A stretch of DNA of 13,048 bases from Octopus sinensis (GCF_006345805.1 NW_021826420.1:1-13048), one strand, 5' to 3'; counted from the stretch's first letter, positions 1 to 7,917 are shown. The notes: generated from the sequence alone by a model not told the origin. A program made the numbers and translations.

Positions 1-59
1 TCAAGGGAGCGACTTTTGTCTGTCTTAAACCATGTACTGCGATTTGATCATTTTAGCAT

Positions 60-376
60 TTTAAAATCTCTTCGCCTCTTATACGTCTGCAGTCTTTTGC
101 CCTCTTCTACTGTTCGGTCTCTTCTCTTTTTCTTCTCTTCCCCCCCCCCACTCTCCCATATCAACTGTTTTCCTTACTCTCCTCTTCACATACTATTTCT
201 TCTTAGTCTTGACCACTACCCCACATCACATTGACTATTTCTTCTTCCAATTCGCTTCTTCCTCTTTTCTTTAGGTCCTTTTCTTTAGTCCTTTTCTCCG
301 TCTGTTTTTCACCTTTCTTAATTTTCTCTCCTTTCTCTTCATGCCTACTGTCCCTTCAGTTCCTCCTTCTCACTCT

Positions 377-417
<41 letters not shown>

Positions 418-760
418 ACTCTTTCTCTCTTTCTTTCTTTCTATCTATCTAACTCTATCTCTCTCGCTCTCTCTCACTTGCTCGCTTTCTCGCTTTCCCT
501 CTCCCTTTCCCTCTCTCTTTTCACTCTTCTCTCTTCACCTACTTCCTCTTTTTCCCCCTTTCCGCCATCCTGCTGTGCCCTTTATATATCCTCCTTCTCT
601 TCCTCTTCCTCCTACTTCTCTAATACATCTCTCTCTTCTACTTCAACTACTTTATTCTTCTATAGTTTACTCTCATCTCCTCCCCTTCTTCCTTCTCCTT
701 TCACTCTAGTTTGAGCTTTGCCCTCCCTCCACTTATCCTTTTACCACAGTTTATCCTCAG
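60..760. repeat. Polypyrimidine (CT-rich) low-complexity tract including (TC)n at ~382-414
   Basis: Almost pure C/T on the + strand. The overlapping S/L/F-rich ORFs are its translation. Confidence 0.9.
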
Positions 761-951
761 TAAGATGGAGGAGATATGCTGCAAGGGGCGAAACAGATCT
801 GTATCTCGTGTCTCGTAGTTCGACCAAATTGCCCTGCTAAGTCGAGATTGATTCGAGGCTAAGCCAGCCATGGACAAACTGCGACCCGTGGGACTTATCT
901 GAATAACACGCCTAAATTTTTAATAGTACCATCCTCTTCATGAAAAAGGTT

Positions 952-1120
952 GCGCAGGCGTAGCTGTGCGATAAGAAGCTCACTTCCCAACCACATGGTT
1001 CTGGGTTCAGTCCCATTGCGTGGCACCTTGGGCAAATGTCTTCTACTATAGGTTCGGACCGGCCAAAGTTTTGTGAGTGGATTTGGTAGACAGAAACTGA
1101 AAGAAGTCCGTCGTGTGCGT

Positions 1121-1175
<55 letters not shown>

Positions 1176-1421
1176 ATATGTGTACATATCTATATCTATA
1201 TGTGCTTGTCTTTGTGTCTGTGTTTGTCCCCCCACTACCGCTTGGCAACCCGTGTTGGTGTGATTGCGTCCCTGTAACCTAGCGGTTCGGCTAAAGTCAC
1301 CAACAGAATAAGTACCAAGCTTTAAAGTACGCCCTGGGGCCGATTCATTCAACTGAACATTCGAGACGCTGCCCCAACATGGTCGCAGTCTAATGACTGA
1401 AACAAGTAAAAGATAAAAGAT
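952..1421 (+). mobile_element. tRNA-derived SINE, family A (octopus-type, CORE-like segment, internal GT microsatellite), near full length
   Basis: A-box-like TAGCTGTGCGATAAG (961-975); B-box-like GGTTCTGGGTTCAGTCCC (997-1014); CORE-like CACCTTGGGCAAATGTC (1024-1040); (GT)n ~1122-1170; 3' end GACTGAAACAAGTAAAAGATAAAAGAT. Related copies at 1435-1698 and 11043-11110. Confidence 0.85.
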
Positions 1422-1434
1422 ATTATATAGTCAT

Positions 1435-1698
1435 ACCTTTTAACTTGTTTCAGTCTGATATTTTTATTTCATGCCCCTTCCTCTTGAAGAAGTACCGCAG
1501 GCGAATGACTCGACTTCAGCACTTTTTTTAAGCCTAATTACTTATTCTATCGGTCTATTTTGCCGAACCTCTGAGTTACGAGGACGTAAACACACCAACA
1601 CCGGTTGTCAAGCGGTGATGAGAGACAAAACTCTTACCCAAGGTGGGACCGAAACTGGAACCTTGTGATTGGGAAGCAAACTTCTTACCACACAGCCA
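1435..1698 (-). mobile_element. Internally deleted SINE family A copy, inverted relative to 952-1421
   Basis: The reverse complement reads TGGCTGTGTGGTAAGAAGTTTGCTTCCCAATCACAAGGTTCC (head). 1539-1620 aligns ungapped to 1233-1314 at about 80%, and 1443-1455 is the exact reverse complement of 1395-1407. Confidence 0.85.
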
Positions 1699-1890
1699 AG
1701 TACATTCTATGGATATGATTAGTCCTATTACCTTTCTATCCTCGATTTATAACTGATAACGCCTATTACTGCCTAAGCCGTGACCATGATATAACCATCC
1801 CAAAATCGGACGAGAGCCAACCGAAACACAACCGAACGTCTGAAAGAAAAGAACAACGAACTGGACAAAGACACGGATCGACGTCGTCGC

Positions 1891-1988
1891 TAGTATTTCT
1901 TCCACTTCTTGGGGTTCTAAGTTCAAATCTCGCCAAGATCATCTTTGCCTTTCAACCTTACAATGTTCGACAATATAAAGTGCAAGTA
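1891..1988 (+). mobile_element. Degenerate fragment of SINE family B
   Basis: GTTCTAAGTTCAAATCTCGCCAAGATCATCTTTGCCTTTCAACCTT resembles GTTCTGAGTTCAAATTCCGCCGAGGTCGACTTTGCCTTTCATCCTT of the array units at 2715-3699. Confidence 0.6.
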
Positions 1989-1994
1989 CAGACT

Positions 1995-2006
1995 CCACTC
2001 TCTCTT

Positions 2007-2037
<31 letters not shown>

Positions 2038-2079
2038 CCCCTCTCTCTCTCTCTCTCACTCTCTCACTCTCTCTCTCTC
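1995..2079. repeat. (CT)n microsatellite, imperfect
   Basis: Direct reading of the sequence. Confidence 0.9.
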
Positions 2080-2264
2080 ATGTGTGCGTGTGGTGGGGTG
2101 ATGATAATATTCATGTCGAAAGTTGCTATTGATAGGACATACTGTAAAATATATTTACTCAATACATCCATGTACTTTGAGAATTGCTTTAACGCGAAAA
2201 TTTGAATCGAGGAGTAAGGTAAGGGAAAACCCTTTTAAATGTTCAACATGTAACTAAGTTTATA

Positions 2265-2334
2265 TTCACGTACATGGAAACCCAAGTAGGATCTTCACGC
2301 CTGAAAAACGTACTTGGGTTTCCACGTACGTGAA
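2265..2334. other. Inverted repeat / hairpin with 24-bp arms and a 22-nt loop
   Basis: TTCACGTACATGGAAACCCAAGTA (2265-2288) vs TACTTGGGTTTCCACGTACGTGAA (2311-2334): 23/24 complementary. Confidence 0.9.
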
Positions 2335-2394
2335 ACTATTAGTAGCGTGGTTTATGCATGTGAGGTGACCGTATAAAACAGTGGGGGGGGTGTA

Positions 2395-2713
2395 CAGGGT
2401 TGTCAAATAAATTCGTTCGTTTTATTTTTTACCCCATTTACTGTAATCTGTATTATTCGTCAACAATTTTCCACAAATCTGTCTGCTTCATTGTTCACTA
2501 CTTCTTGTCGACGTTCTGCGAGTTTCTTCTCAATGCCTTGACGGTAAAAATCATCGGGTCTTGACTCAAAGACTTCATTGAACCACGTTTTACAGCTCCA
2601 CGTCGTTGTTGAACATACGCATCACATTCTGTTAGAGAACGAACGGAAAAGGGGTTAATCTGAAGACGTTGAATCAGAAGAATTAGGTGAGTGCAGTAGA
2701 ATGTTCTAAGCGA
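2395..2713 (-). pseudogene. Mariner (Tc1/mariner DD34D) transposase C-terminal fossil plus one terminal inverted repeat
   Basis: Minus-strand translation with a stop and frameshifts: ILLHSPNSSDSTSSD*PLFRSFSNRM...FNNDVEL/KTWFNEVFESRPDDFYRQGIEK-LAERRQEVVNNE. This matches the mariner pattern VLPHPPYSPDLAPSDYHLFRSL...FY..GI.KL..RW..VV. The terminus CAGGGTTGTCAAATAA is preceded by TA (2393-2394). Confidence 0.85.
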
Positions 2714-2714
2714 A

Positions 2715-2948
2715 GGCGGCGAGCCGGCAGAAACGTTAGCACACCGGGTGAAATACTTAGCGGTATTTCGTCTGCCGCTACGTTCTGAGTTCAAATTCCG
2801 CCGAGGTCGACTTTGCCTTACATCCTTTCGGGGTCGATTAAATAAGTATCAGTTACGCACTGGAGTCGATATAATCAACTTAATCATCCGTTTGTCTGTC
2901 CTTGTTTGTTCTCTCTGTGTTTAGCTCCTTGTGGGTAGTAAAGAAATA
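2715..2948 (+). mobile_element. SINE family B, array unit 1 (full tRNA-like head, tail type A)
   Basis: Head GGCGGCGAGCCGGCAGAAACGTTAGC; B-box GTTCTGAGTTCAAATTCC (2782-2799); ends GTGGGTAGTAAAGAAATA. Confidence 0.85.
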
Positions 2949-3132
2949 GGTATTTCGTCTGCCGCTACGTTCTGAGTTCAAATTCCGCCGAGGTCGACTT
3001 TACCTGTCATCCTTTCGGGGTCGATTAAATAAGTACCAGTTACGCACTGGGGTCGATATAATCGACTTAATCCGTTTGTCTGTCCTTGTTTGTCCTCTCT
3101 GTGTTTAGCCCCTTGTGGGCAGTAAAGAAATA
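2949..3132 (+). mobile_element. SINE family B, array unit 2 (5'-truncated, tail A), 184 bp
   Basis: Starts at GGTATTTCGTCTGCC directly after the unit 1 end; ends AGTAAAGAAATA. Confidence 0.85.
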
Positions 3133-3315
3133 GGTATTTCATCTGCCGCTATGTTCTGAGTTCAAATTCCACCGAGGTCGATTTTGTCTTTCATCCTTTC
3201 GGGGTCGATAAATAAGTACCAGTTACGCACTGGGGTCGATGTAATCGACTTAATCCCTTTCTCTGTCCTTGTTTGTCCCCTCTATCTTTAGCCCCTTGTG
3301 GGCAATAAAGAAATA
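3133..3315 (+). mobile_element. SINE family B, array unit 3 (5'-truncated, tail A), 183 bp
   Basis: Starts GGTATTTCATCTGCC; ends AATAAAGAAATA. Confidence 0.85.
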
Positions 3316-3532
3316 AGAAACGTTAGCACGCCGGGCGAAATGCGTAGCCTTATTTCTGCTATCGTTACGTTCTGAGTTCAAATTCAGCTGAGGTTGACTT
3401 TGCCTTTCATCCTTTCGGGGTCGATAAATTAAATACCAGTTACGTACTGGGGTAGATATAATCGACTTAATACCTATGTCTGTCCTTGTTTGTCCCCTCT
3501 ATGTTTAGCCCCTTGTGGGTAATAAAGAAATA
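3316..3532 (+). mobile_element. SINE family B, array unit 4 (less truncated, tail A), 217 bp
   Basis: Starts AGAAACGTTAGCACGCCGGGCG; ends AATAAAGAAATA. Confidence 0.85.
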
Positions 3533-3699
3533 GGTATTTCGTCTGTCTTTACTTTCTGGGTTCAAATTTCGCCGAGGTAGATTTTTGCCTTTCATCCTTT
3601 CGGGGTCGATAAATTAAGTACCAGTTGCATACTGGGGTCGTTCTAATCGACCGCCCCCCTCTCTAAAAGTTTCGGGCCTTGTGCCTAGAGTAGAAAATA
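3533..3699 (+). mobile_element. SINE family B, array unit 5 (5'-truncated, different tail type B)
   Basis: Starts GGTATTTCGTCTG. After the AATCGAC motif it diverges into CCGCCCCCCTCTCTAAAAGTTTCGGGCCTTGTGCCTAGAGTAGAAAA. Confidence 0.8.
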
Positions 3700-3730
3700 A
3701 TTTTCTAACCGAGCTCTTGAATAGCACATA
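3700..3730 (-). pseudogene. Continuation of the mariner transposase fossil on the far side of the SINE array
   Basis: Minus strand GCT ATT CAA GAG CTC GGT TAG = AIQELG(W), in codon register with ILLHSPNSSD on the other side of the array (mariner AIQELGWEVLPHPPYSPD). Confidence 0.75.
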
Positions 3731-4054
3731 AATGTCTTGAGCGGCATTGGTGGTATTATAATCTTGATTGAAAGCTAACAGAGGCAGTTAACGAAAATAC
3801 TCTTTTTTTTTTTACTTGGCATTCCACCGCTGTATGTCTGAAAAGAGATGAAATGTATTTAAATTTCAAAAACGATAAACAAAAGTTGCAGTGGAAGAAA
3901 TGAACTACAGAAAACAACCACAAAATACTACGGCAAAAATATTTTTCGTGTTAATTCAAATAACAATGGAAAGAAACGAACGAATGTATCTGAATGGATT
4001 AATCTTATATATATATATACACGTATTTATGTATGTATATATCGAAACGCTCCC

Positions 4055-4123
4055 AACTGAGGAGGGTTTACGTAATGGGTGCACTACCCGTCACATATAA
4101 CGCAAACCTGAAGCGTGCGTATT
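4055..4123 (+). ncRNA. Degenerate minimal type-I hammerhead ribozyme-like motif (Penelope-type)
   Basis: CTGAGGA (4057-4063); stem II GGGTTTACGT/ACGCAAACCT (9/10 pairs); GAAG in place of GAAA (4110-4113); near-palindromic stem III CGTGCG; GTA triplet; 2-bp stem I AA/TT. Confidence 0.55.
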
Positions 4124-4197
4124 AAATTATTTCAAAGTATCACTATTTAATTTGACTTCATTATTACTAATACATATATACATACACGCACACATGC

Positions 4198-4256
4198 ATA
4201 CATACATACATACATACATACATACATACATACATACATACATACATACATACATA
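4198..4256. repeat. (TACA)n microsatellite
   Basis: Direct reading of the sequence. Confidence 0.95.
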
Positions 4257-4609
4257 ACGTAAGTTGTGAAGTTAATAAAGATTTACAATATAGTGCACAC
4301 ATTATCTGATAGAAAGCTCAATAGAGTAGAGTGGATAACTGTGTTTATTACATCAAAAGTGAAGTCAACTCTGAGCTTCGCCCCAGGCTAGGCTGTGCAC
4401 GGCTGGGGGATGATAAATCTCTTTGAACCCTAATTTAAAATTGCAGGTATTATATTAGTAAGTTATTGTTGTGATGGGTGAGACACTGCTGCTATCTTCT
4501 GCTTGTAGGGAAATATCTTGGGACTTGAAATACTTAGAGGGTTGAATTTGGGAGATTGAGCTTCGTTTTTGTTCAAAGAATAAATTCCTCAAGGTAAGAA
4601 GTAATTACG

Positions 4610-4780
<171 letters not shown>

Positions 4781-4954
4781 TATACATAGAGTCTCACTTA
4801 CACACACAATCATACATTTTCTGTGTTTACATGTCCTGTTTTCCATTTTTTACCTCGTTGTTTACGTATTTAACTCGTTTGTTTACGTATTTCATGTTAT
4901 TTCTCCCGTTGGTGAAGTCCTGTACCCATACGTATATGCATGAATGAATGCATG

Positions 4955-4996
4955 TATATATATATATATATATTATTATCATTATTATTATTATTA

Positions 4997-5040
<44 letters not shown>

Positions 5041-5060
5041 TATTTATTATTTATTATTTA
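4955..5060. repeat. (TA)n followed by (ATT)n microsatellites
   Basis: Direct reading. It produces the poly-Tyr/Ile ORF. Confidence 0.95.
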
Positions 5061-5292
5061 ACTGAACGCAATGCTTCCATTTTCAAGCAAGTTTATCTAT
5101 ACATACATTTACATATATATATACATATATACATGTGTGTACGTGCGCGCGCGTGTATGCTTTTTCAGTGTGTGTGTGCCTTTTCGCCGTATCTGAGTCA
5201 CAGAGAGGATAAATGTGACGTGGTTTCAACTGAAAATTGAAACCACATTACTACCTTTGCCCAAAGGTTATTTCTTCCTCTTCCGTGCTTTA

Positions 5293-5347
<55 letters not shown>

Positions 5348-5392
5348 TAAATACATACATACGTGCATGCCTACATATGCATCAATATATAG

Positions 5393-5428
<36 letters not shown>

Positions 5429-5470
5429 AATTGCATGTGTGTGTGTGCGCGCACGCGCGTGTATGCGTAG
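5293..5470. repeat. (AC)n, (AT)n and (GT)n / alternating purine-pyrimidine microsatellite cluster
   Basis: (AC)n 5293-5310, (AT)n 5311-5344, (GT)n ~5394-5421, GCGCGCACGCGCGTGT ~5448-5463. Confidence 0.9.
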
Positions 5471-5573
5471 ATATGCATACAGCGATTCTAATCAAGAGAA
5501 TAATGATATGACTAGCGATCAGCCAAGTGGGAGTTTGATGAGAGATTTATTTCATTAGATATCAAGTTATCTC

Positions 5574-5705
5574 ATGAGCCTCTCCCCTTCACCAAACCTC
5601 CCTCCCTCTCCCGCTGCCCCCCTCTCTCTCTCTCTCTGTCTCTCTCTCTCTCTTTCTGTCTCCCTTTTCTCTCCTTCTCTCCCTTTCTCTCGCTCTTCCT
5701 TTCTA
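5574..5705. repeat. CT-rich low-complexity tract
   Basis: Direct reading of the sequence. Confidence 0.9.
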
Positions 5706-5923
5706 TCGACAATCTTGACGGTGATTAATAAACCTAATTTGAATTGTTTTAATTTTCATTAAAATAAAACTTTTATAAAACCAAAAATCGACCCAGCCGC
5801 CTCCATTGTCACAATCTTGACAATGGTTTGGTGTTGTGTGGTTGGCAGGGACGGGCAGGTGGGTTATTCATGAGATTTTACTGTTCATATCAGAAATCGC
5901 GGCATTAGCGCATCCATTATTTT

Positions 5924-6680
5924 CACCACTACCACTACTACAACCAATACATACGCTACCAAACCAACACAGCCACCACCAACACCACCGCCACCAGTAA
6001 CAATAGGATCACTATCACTATCAATATCAGTATCATCATTACCACCACCGCCACTACAACAACCAGCAACAGCACTACTACCACCACAACCACAACCATC
6101 ACCACTTCAGTCATCATCTGTAATAACACAGCCACCGATACCGCCACCACCAGGAATAACACTACCGCCAGTGCCACGGCTGCCACCTCCACAATTGACA
6201 CAACCACCACCAACTATACCATCACTAAAACCACCACCACTACGACCACAACCATCCCTATCTCAACCATCATCTATAGCAACACAGCCACCGATACCGC
6301 CACCACTAGGAACACTACTACCACTATTTTTTGTTTACCTTGGACTACACTGTCTAAAGTGCCCTTTCTTTTGAAGATGGGCTGTGTGATTTGGGGGGGA
6401 TTTAGCTGCTATTACCAACAGGTTAAGCGGCCACGTAGAAACTCGTGGCTGTGGTTTTATTGCAGGTGCTGGTGCTGGTATTGGGGCCTAAACTGGTGGT
6501 CACCTCCACCATTGACACAGCCATCACCAACTATACCATCACTACAACCACCACCACCACCACTACCACAGCTAATAACAATACTATCACCACCTCCATC
6601 GCAACCAGCAATGAAAGTATCATCGATAACACCGCCATCACCACCACTACCAAATTCATCCATTACCACCAACAACAACA
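5924..6680. repeat. Degenerate (ACC/ACT/AAC)n trinucleotide tract with an internal ~156-bp tandem duplication, interrupted at 6328-6500
   Basis: AACACAGCCACCGATACCGCCACCAC at 6125 and 6281; CACCTCCAC(A/C)ATTGACACA...CCAACTATACCATCACTA at ~6184 and 6501. Confidence 0.85.
6328..6502 (-). repeat. Inverted copy of 7676-7836 (ACC-type flank plus retroposon 3' segment)
   Basis: Its reverse complement shares TGACCACCAGTTTAG, ACCTGCAATAAAAC, GTAATAGCAGCTAA, ATCACACAG and an identical 26-mer ACAGTGTAGTCCAAGGTAAACAAAAA with 7676-7836, all colinear. Confidence 0.85.
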
Positions 6681-6685
6681 GAAAT

Positions 6686-6875
6686 GGAGGTGCAATGGCC
6701 CAGTGGTTAGGGCAGCGGACTCACGGTCGTAAGAACGCGGTTTCGATTCCCAGACCAGGCATTGTGAGTGTTTATTGAGCAAAAACACCTAAGCTCCACA
6801 AGGCTCCAGCGGTGTGGGGTGAAACCGCTGTACTCTTTCACCATAACTTTTTCTCACTTTTTCTTCCTACTTCTG
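6686..6875 (+). mobile_element. tRNA-derived SINE, family C, 5' portion (3'-truncated)
   Basis: A-box TGGCCCAGTGGTTAGG (6696-6711); B-box GGTTTCGATTCC (6739-6750); continues into non-tRNA body sequence resembling an octopus SINE as I recall it. Confidence 0.75.
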
Positions 6876-7149
6876 CCACAAAGCAGAGGAACCATGGTGT
6901 AACCCACTATGGTGTGGTAAAGTTTCAGGTCCTAGTCTAGATTGCGAATCCTCTGTACCTCAGGATGGTTCAGCTCTCCACATGTTAAAAGCCACCGTTT
7001 ACGGAATGAGGATAACAATGTAGCTTTCGCGTCCGTGCAACCGCCAGTCTATCGCGTGTGGTGAGTGGATCTTCAAGTTGCCACACGCATTCTTAGTAGC
7101 TTAGAGTAGGCTCAAATTAGAGGTTATTCTTTGTAGCTAATGGCGTGAG

Positions 7150-7322
7150 TTCTGATTGGAAAAAGAGAAGAAAAAAAAGAAGAAGAAGAAGAAGAAGAAG
7201 AATAAGAAGAAGAAGAAGAAGAAAGACGAAGAAAGAAGAATAGAAGAAGAAGAAGAATAGAGAGAAGAAGAAGAAGAGAAAAGAAGAAGAAGAAGAAGAA
7301 GAAGAGAAGAGAAGAAGAAGAC
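7150..7322. repeat. (GAA)n-derived polypurine tract
   Basis: About 170 nt, nearly all A/G with GAA periodicity. Confidence 0.95.
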
Positions 7323-7329
7323 GACAACA

Positions 7330-7745
7330 GAACCACTACCTGCACCAATACTTCCACCAACTACACTGTCACTACCATAGCTGTCACCACCAACACCTAC
7401 GCCATCGCACTACCACCACCAATGTTACCGCCGTCACCACCACCACTACCATTATCAATACGACCGCCACTAATACCACCAACCTGACCGCAAACACTAC
7501 CAGCAACACTAACATCAACATCACCATGAACACCGCCACCATTTACACTTTCACAACAACCACTACCACCAACATGAATACAACCACTACCAATACTATT
7601 GCAACCACTCCACCATTAACACTACTGCCACGAACACTACTCCAACGACCAATACTATCATCAGCACAACTACTCTGACCACCAGTTTAGCCACCAACAC
7701 CAACACCTGCAATAAAACTACTACAACTACTACAGCCCATCTTAA
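7330..7745. repeat. Degenerate (ACC/ACT)n low-complexity tract
   Basis: Same composition as 5924-6680; the ACN phase shifts several times. Confidence 0.85.
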
Positions 7746-7917
7746 TAGTAATAGCAGCTAAGTCTCACCCAGATCACACAGTACATCTTCAAAAAGAAAG
7801 AACACTTTGAACAGTGTAGTCCAAGGTAAACAAAAAGACAGGGCGATGATAGTTGGAATGCCTTTCGTTGTAGTTCTGCACATTCAGGGTTGATCTAGGG
7901 TTTAAACAACAACAGCA
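7745..7917 (+). mobile_element. 3' end of a short retroposon (SINE-like) ending in an (AAC)n tail
   Basis: Non-simple sequence ending CAGGGTTGATCTAGGGTTTAAACAACAACAGC; resembles an octopus dispersed repeat 3' end as I recall it. Confidence 0.5.

Noticed and set aside
16-714. S/L/F/P-rich ORFs (16-234, 231-452, 341-709, 478-714)
   Set aside because: They are translations of a CT tract, which rarely contains stop codons; no domain signal.
865-893. CAGCCATGGACAAACTGCGACCCGTGGGA resembles a hAT/Charlie-type terminus
   Set aside because: Under 30 nt, with no partner end or 8-bp TSD found; too weak to call.
2498-2794. 98-aa minus-strand ORF
   Set aside because: It is the wrong frame of the mariner fossil fused to the antisense SINE head.
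2715-3699. CRISPR-like appearance of the array, with palindromic repeats
   Set aside because: Units are 167-234 bp of continuous homology with no unique spacers, carry Pol III boxes, and there are no cas genes in this eukaryotic context.
4447-4583. Possible exon: acceptors TTGCAG (4446) or TTGTAG (4508) and donor AAG/GTAAGA (4583)
   Set aside because: All three frames contain stops for both acceptors. A non-coding exon cannot be excluded but has no support.
6686-6756. Candidate tRNA gene (also heads at 952, 2715, 11043)
   Set aside because: A and B boxes are present, but there is no convincing acceptor stem or cloverleaf and the sequence continues into SINE body.
6876-7145. Complex-looking segment that might be a LINE fragment
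   Set aside because: The frames I translated by hand gave no recognisable motif; left unannotated pending BLAST.
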